Virus record (IMG/VR): IMGVR_UViG_3300025158_000681
Direction: 5' to 3' (one strand)
Source: a virus
DNA: 38,905 nucleotides
Below the pieces are notes generated by a model that saw only the letters and a list, made by a program, of their open reading frames with translations, made no database searches and was not told the origin of the DNA. Positions within the stretch are counted from its first letter, which is position 1; each line of letters begins with the position of its first letter. Positions 1-9,663 of the stretch are shown one piece after another. The translations under genes and the position numbers were made by a program.

Positions 1-99
1 AGAATTAATGTCTAATTCTTGTGTTAAATCTAATTTCAATCTAGTTTCTATCGTATTAATCATATGATTTAGACTAACAATTAATGAAAATTTGTCAAA

Positions 100-127
100 T
101 TTTTCAACAAGATTTCAGAGGGGCTTG
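100..127 (+). repeat. Truncated IS200/IS605 (TnpB) right-end remnant, copy 1
   Basis: tttttcaacaagatttcagaggggcttg matches (1 mismatch) the terminal 28 bp of the 127-bp repeat at 2189-2315 and 10815-10941. Confidence 0.7.
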
Positions 128-168
128 AATCTATGAGGGCTTTTTTCTAGTTGTCTTAAGAAATATAA

Positions 169-1002
169 TCAAACTTCTCTACCATTATTCCAATGTAATT
201 TTTTAGCTAAAACACTAAAGAAATTCCAATCTTTTGGCACAATAATATTTGATTCTTTTTGCATTAACCGCACACAAAATTTATCCCCTGGATTTAACTC
301 ATTTGTTAACATTCCATCACTAAACACTTTAGCTTTATTGTGGACAGTTATATAAACTGTTGACATTTTACTTATAATTAGAGGTCTTGCTCCTAGTGTT
401 GTTGGGGCAACCATTAACAATTGAATACATTTAACTACAGGGTCAACAACAGCACCTCCAGCATTCATATTGTAAGCTGTAGAGCCACAAGGACCTGAAA
501 CAACTAAAGCATTAGCCCGATAATGACCAGCCCTACTAATTTGTTTTTTATGTTCAATCTCTATTGAAAAATCAACAATCTCATTTGGACATGCTGCAGT
601 AATAGCATAATCATTAACAGCATAACCCTTTTTTTTATTAAAAAAATCAGAAAGAATGCTACGTTTTTCAATTCTAGGGTTATTTTTCTTATCAATTAAA
701 GAATTAATATCTGAAGATAAAATATCCTCAATACTATATGGTGTTAAAAACCCAACATTTCCCGCATTAACTCCAATAACAATAGAATTTTTATATAGAT
801 GATTTCTCATTGTGTGAAGCATCGTTCCATCACCACCAATAGAAAAAACATAATCAACAAATTTTGATTTTGATGTTGCCTCAACAAAACCAAAATATTC
901 CATTTTTTCTTTAATATAGAGACTTAACTGATCAACACTTTTTTGTTTCTCTTTTGTTTCTTTATCATAGTCTAATTTTTCACAAATTTTAAAATTACTC
1001 AT
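169..1002 (-). CDS. nadK: NAD kinase
   Basis: GGDGT, NAGNVGFLT, ND and GPCGSTAYNMNAGG motifs of the NAD kinase family. Confidence 0.95.
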   Translation of the reverse strand: MSNFKICEKLDYDKETKEKQKSVDQLSLYIKEKMEYFGFVEATSKSKFVDYVFSIGGDGTMLHTMRNHLYKNSIVIGVNAGNVGFLTPYSIEDILSSDINSLIDKKNNPRIEKRSILSDFFNKKKGYAVNDYAITAACPNEIVDFSIEIEHKKQISRAGHYRANALVVSGPCGSTAYNMNAGGAVVDPVVKCIQLLMVAPTTLGARPLIISKMSTVYITVHNKAKVFSDGMLTNELNPGDKFCVRLMQKESNIIVPKDWNFFSVLAKKLHWNNGREV

Positions 1003-1008
1003 AATTAT

Positions 1009-1257
1009 TCAACTCCGAATATTATCTAACATTTTTGTAACATCTACACCTAATTGTTCTAAATCCATAATGGCATCAACAATTTTTCCATTACCTTAAG
1101 TTTGCATTAAAATTTTAATACATTCCTTAATAACTAGTTCTGCTAACATCTCTTTATTAAATGATGTTATGAAATCAGGATAACCATTACAACCAGCAGG
1201 ATAAAATTCTTCTCTATTTGTTGCTTGTTGAATAAGCTCATTAATTCGTTCATTCAT
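1009..1257 (-). pseudogene. Small phage protein (MNERI...AELVIKEC type) with in-frame TAA at 1096-1098
   Basis: Manual translation MNERINELIQQATNREEFYPAG...LMQT*GNGKIVD...NIRS; resembles ORFs 11811 and 34105. Confidence 0.55.
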
Positions 1258-1363
1258 TTAATGTGCCTCATTTTTTATCTTTAGTTTACTTCAATTTTGT
1301 TTTATATTTATTTAAAAAATTATTTCTGCATCTTGCCGCGACTTATATGTTTTCATATTATTT

Positions 1364-1648
1364 TTAAGTTACGCTAACAATAGGTTTTGTTCCATCAAAA
1401 CCCCAATCATTATAGGCATTATCATATGCCCAATTGTAATCTTCCCCATCAACATTTGGATTATTATTTTCATAATATTGATATTCTTTGTTACCTGCTC
1501 TATCAATACCATCTTTATTGTAGCCGTAAGAATCAAATCCATCTGGATCATATTGTGTCCAGTCCTTGTACTTTGTTGAATATAATGACCACCAGTGTTG
1601 ATCTTCTTGATATGCCTTGCTTACGGTAGGAGAATATTTACCACGCAT
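1364..1648 (-). CDS. Hypothetical phage protein with YDxxGFDxYGYNxxGxDRxG motif
   Basis: ORF track; aromatic/Gly/Asp repeat typical of phage hypotheticals. Confidence 0.7.
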   Translation of the reverse strand: MRGKYSPTVSKAYQEDQHWWSLYSTKYKDWTQYDPDGFDSYGYNKDGIDRAGNKEYQYYENNNPNVDGEDYNWAYDNAYNDWGFDGTKPIVSVT

Positions 1649-1984
1649 TTTAATTCCTCTTTAGAGTATTGTTTATTAAGTGAATTTATAATTTAAAAAT
1701 AATACAAGCCATGAAAGTGTCTCTTTACCTTCATCGTAGTGTTGCTCTGCTTTTTTTATCCAGTATTCAGACCATTCTTCTTTCATTAATATCTCCAAGT
1801 AAAAATTATTTAATAAAACAAGCACCAATCGATAGTATTATAACAATAATAGTAACGAACAATTCATATTTTTCTTTTTCTTTTTTATTTAAAGGTTTCA
1901 TTTTTCAGTAAAGTCTAACAACGATAGTTGTTTTTTTCGTAAGTCATTATGCTGACCAGACTAGAATATTTTTTATTTAAAATT

Positions 1985-2069
1985 TGGTGCCCCTAGCCGG
2001 ACTCGAACCAGCACTCCTTTCGGAAGAGGATTTTGAGTCCTCCGCGTCTACCAATTTCACCATAGGGGC
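1985..2069 (-). tRNA. tRNA-Leu(CAA)
   Basis: Full cloverleaf, anticodon loop CTCAAAA, long variable arm, encoded CCA. Confidence 0.95.
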
Positions 2070-2188
2070 ATTAACTTTTCATTTTCGATTGTAACACCAC
2101 CTTTCAGTTTTGTAAAGAATTAAATCATTAAAAAATAACATAATAAAATTATTTATTATTTTTTTATGTATAATAACACTAGTTTCTA

Positions 2189-2315
2189 CAAGCCCCTCTG
2201 AAACCTTGTTGAAAAACAAGTCGCTTGGTAGGGTTTGTTAAACCAAGCTGATAAACCTACAATTCTAAAGATAGCTTATGCTAGCTTTTGTTCTACTTAA
2301 AAGGATTAATTTCTT
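2189..2315 (-). mobile_element. Stand-alone TnpB right end / reRNA scaffold, copy 2
   Basis: 127 bp, 6 mismatches to 10815-10941, which overlaps the 3' end of the tnpB remnant; no adjacent tnpB ORF. Confidence 0.7.
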
Positions 2316-2336
2316 CATTATCTTAGCTGCAATTGG

Positions 2337-2398
2337 TTATCAGTACCGAGTGTAAAACACTGGCTTTCAGGCCGGTGATGTAAGATCGACACTGATAA
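2337..2398. other. Structured 62-nt element, possibly a decayed tRNA-Glu(TTC)
   Basis: 8-bp closing stem ttatcagt/actgataa; internal arm ctggc-tttcag-gccgg resembling a Glu anticodon arm; T arm degenerate. Confidence 0.35.
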
Positions 2399-2464
2399 AT
2401 TTAAATTAAAAACAACAAATATCATAAATAAATATATTAGATGGAATTAATCCAATATAATAAA

Positions 2465-3193
2465 TTATCCCCAAGTAGTAATAATAGCAGGCTCAACTGT
2501 AGTTCTAAATGTAATTTCATCCACATAATCAAGAAGTATTCCACTTGCTTTTGCAATTAAATAAACTAACGGTTCTACATTTGGATGAAACACCTTTGTC
2601 TCACGAATAGCTTTATAGACAAGGGAACTTCCAAAACTTTTTTGGTAAAGTATATACAGAACTGATGTCATCACTTGTGAGTCAACAATTAAACCTCTTG
2701 AAATTTTTTTATCTGGCAAATATCTTGTAAGAAGTTTTTCAATTTGTTTATTTTCATTACTTTTATATAAAAATCCAGATGTTGGATAAAGTGGTTGCTT
2801 AAGGATTTTAGCCTTAAATTTGTAGTGTGTATTTTCATAATAATCAATATCATCATCAAAGTGTTCTTTCTTCAGAAGGTCTGGAGTTCTAAATAAAATA
2901 CCTTTATATGAATCGCAATTCATAATTGTAGAGATAAGTTCTAATGGTTTCCATGAATAATCTTTATTACCTTTATAATATGAAAACATTAGTGAATCTC
3001 GTTCTGCATCTGGTGATGTTGATTGAGTTCCATAATTTTCCATTAAATTGAATAAATCAATTTTAAACTGTTCGATTGAATTATCGTCATAATCAAGATT
3101 TTCAAGAATATCTGAATAGTTTGGCTTTAAAAATGACTTGAGTTGGTTCTTATTAAGGAAATAACCAATTTGTTTAGTAATTCGTGTGCTCAT
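2465..3193 (-). CDS. Hypothetical protein
   Basis: 242-aa ORF with upstream SD-like ggtga. Confidence 0.75.
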   Translation of the reverse strand: MSTRITKQIGYFLNKNQLKSFLKPNYSDILENLDYDDNSIEQFKIDLFNLMENYGTQSTSPDAERDSLMFSYYKGNKDYSWKPLELISTIMNCDSYKGILFRTPDLLKKEHFDDDIDYYENTHYKFKAKILKQPLYPTSGFLYKSNENKQIEKLLTRYLPDKKISRGLIVDSQVMTSVLYILYQKSFGSSLVYKAIRETKVFHPNVEPLVYLIAKASGILLDYVDEITFRTTVEPAIITTWG

Positions 3194-3233
3194 AATAATT
3201 TCACCTATACTTTAAATTTATTTATCACATTTA

Positions 3234-3527
3234 TTAAAATAATTTTGGTAAAAGCTCTAGCTCTTTTACAATTTTATCTATTAAGCCTGGTGGTGTTTTA
3301 TCAAAATCTAAACCACGGTCATAATTATAAGACATTTGTTTAAAAAAATCTTTATTAGGATTGCGCTGACTTGTCTTCCCAACTGCTAATTTAGATACCC
3401 GGCCATTATTTATACCATATGTAGACGGAGTATCATATACTTTTGCACAAACCCAACGGTCTTCAATAATTGCAGTAATCCAACCTGTATCGTTATGTGG
3501 AGAAAGAATAATCATAATATTTCCCAA
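3234..3527 (-). CDS. Conserved phage hypothetical (AKVYDxxSxYGINNGRVSKL; DUF7678-like from memory)
   Basis: Motif recognition. Confidence 0.65.
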   Translation of the reverse strand: MGNIMIILSPHNDTGWITAIIEDRWVCAKVYDTPSTYGINNGRVSKLAVGKTSQRNPNKDFFKQMSYNYDRGLDFDKTPPGLIDKIVKELELLPKLF

Positions 3528-3589
3528 TGTTATATCCTTTGATATTATAACACTAATTTTAACTGTTTTTAATTTAATTTAAAAATTTC

Positions 3590-3618
3590 CTTGTTTTTTA
3601 AAAAGTAAACACCATCTA
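3590..3618 (+). promoter_or_regulatory. Putative sigma32 (RpoH)-type promoter for grpE-dnaK-dnaJ
   Basis: CTTGtt-N14-CaCCATcTA versus consensus CTTGAA-N13-15-CCCCATnT. Confidence 0.5.
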
Positions 3619-3647
3619 ATAATACATATCATAGATTAGGAGAAATA

Positions 3648-4151
3648 ATGAATGAAAAAAATGAATCAGATATAGTTAAAGATGAAACTAACGAATCTAA
3701 AATAGTTCAAACTTCAGAAAATAAAACATCTGAACAAAAATATTTAGAAGAGATTTTATATCTAAAAGCCGAAAGAGAGAATATCTCAAAAAGACATTTA
3801 GAAGAAAAAAATAAAATTACTAAATATGCCATAGAGAATTTTGCAAGTGAATTAGTTTCAATAAAAGAAAGCTTGGAATTTGGCTTGGCAATAGAAACAG
3901 ATGACGTAAAAAGTTTAAAAAATGGAATGGAATTAACACTTCAACAATTAACAAATGTTTTTGAAAAGTTTGGAGTAAAAGAGATTAATCCAATAGGTGA
4001 AACATTTAACGCTTATGAACATCAAGCAATAAATACAATTCATCATGAAAGGCCAGAAAATACTGTCGTGGAAGTTTTAAGAAAAGGATACTCTTTAAAT
4101 GATCGGTTATTAAAACCAGCATTAGTTGTAGTATCAAAAGGTAACGAATAA
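3648..4151 (+). CDS. grpE: Nucleotide exchange factor GrpE
   Basis: GMELTLQQL, F..YEHQAI, VVEVLRKGYSLNDRLLKPALVVV; directly upstream of dnaK. Confidence 0.95.
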   Translation: MNEKNESDIVKDETNESKIVQTSENKTSEQKYLEEILYLKAERENISKRHLEEKNKITKYAIENFASELVSIKESLEFGLAIETDDVKSLKNGMELTLQQLTNVFEKFGVKEINPIGETFNAYEHQAINTIHHERPENTVVEVLRKGYSLNDRLLKPALVVVSKGNE

Positions 4152-4174
4152 CATTTAAATAAAGGAGAATTATT

Positions 4175-6076
4175 ATGAGTAAAATTATAGGTATAGATTT
4201 AGGAACAACAAACTCTTGTGTTGCTGTTATAGAAAATGGTAAAGCAAAAATAATTGAAAATTCTGAGGGTAATAGAACTACCCCAAGTATTGTTGCTTAT
4301 CAAGAAAATGGTGAAATTTTAGTTGGAGTTTCTGCTAAAAGACAAGCAGTAACAAACCCACAAAATACACTATTTGGTGTGAAGCGTTTAATTGGACGTT
4401 CTTTTGATGAAAAAATGGTTCAAAAAGATATTTCCATGGCTCCATATAAGATTGTAAAATCTAAAAATGGTGATGCTTGGATTTCCGTAAGAAATAAAGA
4501 AATATCTCCACCAGAAATTTCTGCTCAAGTATTAATGAAAATGAAAAAAACTGCGGAAGATTATTTAGGTGAGAAAGTTACTGAAGCAGTTATTACAGTG
4601 CCAGCTTATTTTAATGATGCACAACGACAAGCTACTAAAGATGCAGGTAAAATTGCAGGATTAGATGTTAAACGTATCATAAATGAACCAACTGCAGCAG
4701 CATTAGCTTTTGGATTAGATAAAAAAGAAGGTGACAGAAAAATCGCAATATACGACTTGGGTGGTGGTACATTTGATATTTCAATAATTGAAGTATCTAT
4801 GATTGATGGAGAACATCAGTTTGAAGTATTATCCACTAATGGAGATACATTCTTAGGTGGTGAAGATTTTGATATGAGATTAATTGACTATCTAGTTCAA
4901 GAATTTAAGAAAGAATCAAGTATAGATTTGAAAAATGATGTGCTTGCATTACAAAGACTTAAAGAGGCGGCAGAAAAAGCTAAAATTGAACTATCTTCAA
5001 GTAATCAAACAGAAGTAAATTTACCATACATTACTGCTGATGCAACAGGTCCAAAACACTTTGTTCATAAAATAACTCGTGCTAAACTAGAATCTTTAGT
5101 TGATGATTTAATTCAAAAAAGTATTGAGCCTTGCAAAATAGCTATAAAGGATTCAGGTGTTTCACTTTCTGATATTAGTGATGTTATTTTAGTTGGTGGA
5201 CAAACTCGTATGCCAAAAGTTCAAGAAATGGTTCAAAAATTCTTTGGTAAAGAACCAAGAAAAGACATCAATCCTGATGAAGCTGTTGCATTAGGTGCAG
5301 CTATTCAGGCTGGTGTTTTAAAAGGTGAAGTTAAAGATGTTTTATTGTTAGATGTTACTCCATTGTCATTAGGTATAGAAACAATGGGAAATATCATGAC
5401 AAAGCTTATTGCTAAAAATACAACCATTCCAACTAGAGCTTCACAAGTTTTTTCTACTGCTAGTGATAATCAAGATGCAGTTACAATTCATGTGCTACAA
5501 GGAGAAAGAGAAATATCTTCTGGGAATAAGAGTTTAGGTCAATTTAATTTAACTGACATTCCACCATCTCAAAGAGGAATTCCACAAATTGAAGTTACAT
5601 TTGATATTGATGCTAATGGAATATTACATGTCACAGCAAAAGATAAGGCTACAGGAAAAGAAAATAAAATAAAAATCCAAGCTTCTTCTGGTTTATCTGA
5701 AAGTGAAATCAATAAAATGATTAATGAAGCTGCCACAAATGCTGAAGATGATAAAAAAGTTGTTGAACTAATTCATTCAAAAAATCAATTAGATTCATTA
5801 ATTCATACTTCTAAAAAAACAGTATCAGAAAATAGTGATAAATTATCTTCTGACGAGAAGAATGAAATTGACTCAATAATTAAATCTTCTGAAGATGCAA
5901 TTAAAACTGACAATAAGGAAACTATCGATAAAGCAACTGAAAAGTTAAGTACATCTATTCATAAAGTTTCTGAAAAGATTTATTCTACAGAAACAAAAGA
6001 TTCTAAATCAACAACTGCAACACCAGAACCTGAATCTGATGTGGTTGATGCAGAATTTTCTGAAATGGATAAATAA
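4175..6076 (+). CDS. dnaK: Chaperone DnaK (Hsp70), proteobacterial type
   Basis: [52 protein letters not shown] tail. Confidence 0.99.
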   Translation: MSKIIGIDLGTTNSCVAVIENGKAKIIENSEGNRTTPSIVAYQENGEILVGVSAKRQAVTNPQNTLFGVKRLIGRSFDEKMVQKDISMAPYKIVKSKNGDAWISVRNKEISPPEISAQVLMKMKKTAEDYLGEKVTEAVITVPAYFNDAQRQATKDAGKIAGLDVKRIINEPTAAALAFGLDKKEGDRKIAIYDLGGGTFDISIIEVSMIDGEHQFEVLSTNGDTFLGGEDFDMRLIDYLVQEFKKESSIDLKNDVLALQRLKEAAEKAKIELSSSNQTEVNLPYITADATGPKHFVHKITRAKLESLVDDLIQKSIEPCKIAIKDSGVSLSDISDVILVGGQTRMPKVQEMVQKFFGKEPRKDINPDEAVALGAAIQAGVLKGEVKDVLLLDVTPLSLGIETMGNIMTKLIAKNTTIPTRASQVFSTASDNQDAVTIHVLQGEREISSGNKSLGQFNLTDIPPSQRGIPQIEVTFDIDANGILHVTAKDKATGKENKIKIQASSGLSESEINKMINEAATNAEDDKKVVELIHSKNQLDSLIHTSKKTVSENSDKLSSDEKNEIDSIIKSSEDAIKTDNKETIDKATEKLSTSIHKVSEKIYSTETKDSKSTTATPEPESDVVDAEFSEMDK

Positions 6077-6081
6077 AGTTA

Positions 6082-6159
6082 ATATCCACCATTAATTGGT
6101 GGATATAATTACTGAATTGTAGTTAACTTATTAAAATTTAATTAAATAAGTTAACTACA
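6082..6159. terminator. Two inverted repeats between dnaK and dnaJ
   Basis: atatccacca/tggtggatat (6082-6106) and 15-bp tgtagttaacttatt/aataagttaactaca (6118-6159). Confidence 0.5.
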
Positions 6160-6181
6160 TATTTATAATCAATGGAGTATT

Positions 6182-7042
6182 ATGAAAAAAGATTATTATA
6201 AAACATTAGGTGTTACTAAAACATCTTCTGCTGATGAAATTAAAAAAGCCTATAGAAAAATGGCTATGAAATATCACCCAGATAGAACAAATGGGGATAA
6301 ATCTTCTGAAGCTCAATTTAAAGAAATTGGAGAAGCTTATGAAGTTTTAAGTGATGAAAATAAAAAAATGAGATATGACCATGGTGGTGACGAAAATACT
6401 CATCAACAACAGGGATTTAGTCCAAATAATTTTAATCAAAATGACTTTCATGATATTTTTTCTCAATTTTTCAATAGTAGCTATAATTCTAGAACAAATT
6501 ATAGCTCTAGAGATGTTGACTTAGATTTAGACTTTCAACTTAGTGTTTCTCTAGAACAAGCTGTTTTAGGTGCCGAGATAAAAATTGAATTGCCAAAATA
6601 TGAAAATATAGACACAACTCCTATTAAAAAAGTAGTTCCCCTCACAATAAGAATACCTGCTGGAGTTGATAATGGAACAATACTTACAGTATCTAATGAA
6701 GGGAATTCTACAAAAAATAAAAAAGGTAATTTAAATTTAAAAATTAAAGTTACACCACAAGATAACTATACTCGAAAAAACTATGACCTGTATTTAACAC
6801 AAAAGGTTGATTTTGTTACTGTTCTTTTAGGTGGAGAAATAAATGTAGAATCTATTACTGGTAATTTAAAACTCAAAATTCCTGAATGTTCTAAAAATTT
6901 AACTACGTTAAGATTGAAGGGTAAAGGTATCAAAAAACTTAACCAAAATGAACATGGTGATCTTTATGTTGTAATTGATATGATTACACCAAATGTTTTA
7001 TCAAAACAACAAAAAGACTTGCTGAAAAAATTTAATAAATAA
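6182..7042 (+). CDS. dnaJ: DnaJ-family co-chaperone lacking the zinc finger (class B / CbpA-like)
   Basis: J domain with HPD, C-terminal DnaJ_C (IPAGVDNG, LRLKGKG, GDLYV); no CxxCxGxG repeats. Confidence 0.92.
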   Translation: MKKDYYKTLGVTKTSSADEIKKAYRKMAMKYHPDRTNGDKSSEAQFKEIGEAYEVLSDENKKMRYDHGGDENTHQQQGFSPNNFNQNDFHDIFSQFFNSSYNSRTNYSSRDVDLDLDFQLSVSLEQAVLGAEIKIELPKYENIDTTPIKKVVPLTIRIPAGVDNGTILTVSNEGNSTKNKKGNLNLKIKVTPQDNYTRKNYDLYLTQKVDFVTVLLGGEINVESITGNLKLKIPECSKNLTTLRLKGKGIKKLNQNEHGDLYVVIDMITPNVLSKQQKDLLKKFNK

Positions 7043-7055
7043 AAAATCCATCTGG

Positions 7056-7111
7056 ATGTACCGATAAAGCATTACAAAATGCATATCTATTGTAATGCTT
7101 TATCGGTACAT
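7056..7111. terminator. 22-bp perfect inverted repeat between convergent genes
   Basis: atgtaccgataaagcattacaa - 12 nt - ttgtaatgctttatcggtacat. Confidence 0.7.
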
Positions 7112-7139
7112 GAATATTATTTAATATTTAAAAAAAATC

Positions 7140-7398
7140 TTTTTTATTAACCCCATAATACTTATGAGGGTCTTTATGATATTCGTAATCATCTTTTGTT
7201 TCATAAGCACCTTTACTTGCTAGGTTACTTACTTCACTTTCAATTTCAGAAACTACATCTTGAATTTTTTTTTATTAACCCCATAATACTTATGAGGGTC
7301 TTTATGATATTCGTAATCATCTTTTGTTTCATAAGCACCTTTACTTGCTAGGTTACTTACTTCACTTTCAATTTCAGAAACTAAACCTTGAATTTTTT
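7140..7398. repeat. 128-bp tandem duplication of the 3' end of ORF 7253-7726
   Basis: 7140-7255 identical to 7268-7383. Confidence 0.95.
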
Positions 7399-7726
7399 CT
7401 TTAGTAATGCCACCCTTATAAATATTTGAAACAGAAGCTTGAGCTTGACCTACAGCATATCCAGTAATTGATTGTACGTTTTCACTCACACTTTTAACTG
7501 TTTTTACATTATCTCCAGCACAATAAAAGTCATCCATTACTGAACGTGCAAAACTTTCAAAATGATCAAAATATTCTGGAGACACTTCTGGATTAAAATA
7601 AAACACTTCGGTTCCTTTAGTAGTTGAAGATGAAACTATCACCCAAGATGTATCGCAAAGACCTTCGTTTTTTTGTTTTTCAGTGTTAAATAATGGTTGT
7701 GCTTCAATATTTTTAGATTTAGTCAT
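7253..7726 (-). CDS. Hypothetical phage protein with C-terminus altered by tandem duplication
   Basis: ORF track; the second repeat copy would end ...YYGVNKKDFF*. Confidence 0.7.
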   Translation of the reverse strand: MTKSKNIEAQPLFNTEKQKNEGLCDTSWVIVSSSTTKGTEVFYFNPEVSPEYFDHFESFARSVMDDFYCAGDNVKTVKSVSENVQSITGYAVGQAQASVSNIYKGGITKEKIQGLVSEIESEVSNLASKGAYETKDDYEYHKDPHKYYGVNKKKFKM

Positions 7727-7770
7727 AATAATCCCTTTGTAAAATGATATTAATATTATAATATATATTA

Positions 7771-7847
7771 TATTTGAAGTAAATAGTTAGTTAGTTAGTA
7801 TATTTTTACAAATGAAAATCTAAATCTAAAACTATTTACTTCAAATA
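7771..7847. repeat. 18-bp inverted repeat in a divergent promoter region
   Basis: tatttgaagtaaatagtt / aactatttacttcaaata, each flanked by an outward-facing TATAAT. Confidence 0.7.
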
Positions 7848-7880
7848 AAATATATATATAATTAATAAAAGGATTAATTT

Positions 7881-9533
7881 ATGAAAGAAAGAAAAAAATT
7901 AAGTGACTTGTCAGATGAACAATTATCAGATATTCTCGTTGCTAGCATTACTTCATATAATGTTTATTTAGAAGAACATGCAAATATTAATAAAAATAAA
8001 CTTGTTTCTGAAACAGTTGATAAAATCAAATACGAAATATTTAATCCAACTTCACCTCAAGAAATTGAAAAAACTGCTATAGAGGTTAGAGAATTTATTC
8101 AAAAATTTAACAAACGCAATGTTTATACAGCAGATAATATTGCATCTAAATTAATGGATGTTTATATTATTAAATATTCAGATTTAAATCCTTTTGAGTT
8201 ATGGGCTAAAGCTAAAGATGACAGCAAAACTCTTATTAATAGAGAAGTTGTTGATTTTTTAAAAAGCAAATTAAATTACAATCCAGAACAATTTAAAACG
8301 TTGGTTAATTGTGTTAATCAACCTTCTGACCCATATCCTCTTATTATTGAAAAAGAAACGTTATTAGAAAAAGATATTTTAACTAAAATTAACCTTAAAG
8401 AAATTAAAGCCTCTCTAGTTGGATTAGAGTATTCTAAAAACCTAAGATCTATTGAGGCATCTTATATTGGCAGAACTACATCTAATTATTTAAATATAGA
8501 TGATAAAACATCTAATGTTGTTTTAATTAACAATGGTATGTTTAGTATTGCTAAAAGTAAATATAGAAACTCAACCTCCGACACCGATATTGACCAGGAG
8601 CAAGATAGAGAAGAATTTGGTGCTTGCTTCAATGCATTTTTTAAAAAAGAAAATGGAGAAGATGTTTTACATATAGGTTTTAGAGGAACAGAACCAAAAG
8701 CTCAAGAATTGATTAAATATGCACTTGATGATTACATGAACATGGAAAGACATTATGATTTAATGGAGCCTCTTATTAATGAAATTATTGAAAAAGCGAA
8801 AACAGAAAGAGGTCCAAATAATCCTTTAAAAGTTAAGGTTGCAGGACATAGCTTGGGGGCAGCAATGGTTGAAAAGTTTTTAGAAAAAAATAAAGATACT
8901 GACACTCTTAAATTTAGTGGTGTTGCTATTGCCTCTCCAGGTTCTGAAAATAAAGCAAACATACTTATCGATTTTGCTGAAAAAACAAAATTTCTAAAAT
9001 ACCCCTTTAGCCTTATTACTAACATTGTAGTTGGATTATGTAGCATTCCATTGATAACATTAGATTCTGGTTTAACTAATTTATCAAAATTTAAATACTT
9101 AAGTTTTTTAAAGGTTGGTCATTCAGCTTTGGAAGGCTTATTTTCATATAAAGAGGAAGATTCTAGATTAATAAATGTTAACCATGAAAATGACTTAGTT
9201 CCACTAATTGGTAGTCTAGCTTATAAAACTCAAAAAAATGAAGTTATTTTATCTGATGTTAATCAGGATGAAGGGGCTATGACAAATCATAAATCTTATA
9301 ATTATTATGGTGAAATTGCTAAAGAAATCATCAAAAGACCACAAATGTATTGTGAATTTAAATCTGTATTTTTTGTTGAAGAAGCAATGAACAACACTTC
9401 ATCTCTTGAAAAAGTTAGTAGTGGTAAAATGTTCACTTTAGAAATGGATAAAATAACTGATAAAATTAGAGAAATGAAAGATAGATATCTAAATTCTCCA
9501 CATTTGGGACAGTCTTGTGATTTTCTTGTTTAA
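7881..9533 (+). CDS. Alpha/beta hydrolase (lipase class 3-like) domain protein
   Basis: HIGFRGTE, nucleophile elbow AGHSLG, NHENDLVP, downstream His (NHKS). Confidence 0.75.
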   Translation: MKERKKLSDLSDEQLSDILVASITSYNVYLEEHANINKNKLVSETVDKIKYEIFNPTSPQEIEKTAIEVREFIQKFNKRNVYTADNIASKLMDVYIIKYSDLNPFELWAKAKDDSKTLINREVVDFLKSKLNYNPEQFKTLVNCVNQPSDPYPLIIEKETLLEKDILTKINLKEIKASLVGLEYSKNLRSIEASYIGRTTSNYLNIDDKTSNVVLINNGMFSIAKSKYRNSTSDTDIDQEQDREEFGACFNAFFKKENGEDVLHIGFRGTEPKAQELIKYALDDYMNMERHYDLMEPLINEIIEKAKTERGPNNPLKVKVAGHSLGAAMVEKFLEKNKDTDTLKFSGVAIASPGSENKANILIDFAEKTKFLKYPFSLITNIVVGLCSIPLITLDSGLTNLSKFKYLSFLKVGHSALEGLFSYKEEDSRLINVNHENDLVPLIGSLAYKTQKNEVILSDVNQDEGAMTNHKSYNYYGEIAKEIIKRPQMYCEFKSVFFVEEAMNNTSSLEKVSSGKMFTLEMDKITDKIREMKDRYLNSPHLGQSCDFLV

Positions 9534-9663
9534 AACTTAATATTGAGACTAAAATTTTTAAACCAGGCATTAAGTCATGGTTTAATTACATTACAATATT
9601 ATTGTTGACTTTTTTTGTTTTTACGATTAATACTTTATATATTTATTTTTCAAAAGGCAAAAT

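Noticed and set aside
41-50. 10-nt match (ctagtttcta) to the copy-2 putative guide
   Set aside because: Match stops after 10 nt; plausible by chance in AT-rich sequence
1369-3343. Track ORFs 1369-1551, 1387-1629, 1711-1911 and 3143-3343
   Set aside because: Shadows or low-complexity AT-rich frames without SD or motifs
3540-3647. CIRCE/HrcA operator before grpE
   Set aside because: No TTAGCACTC-N9-GAGTGCTAA present
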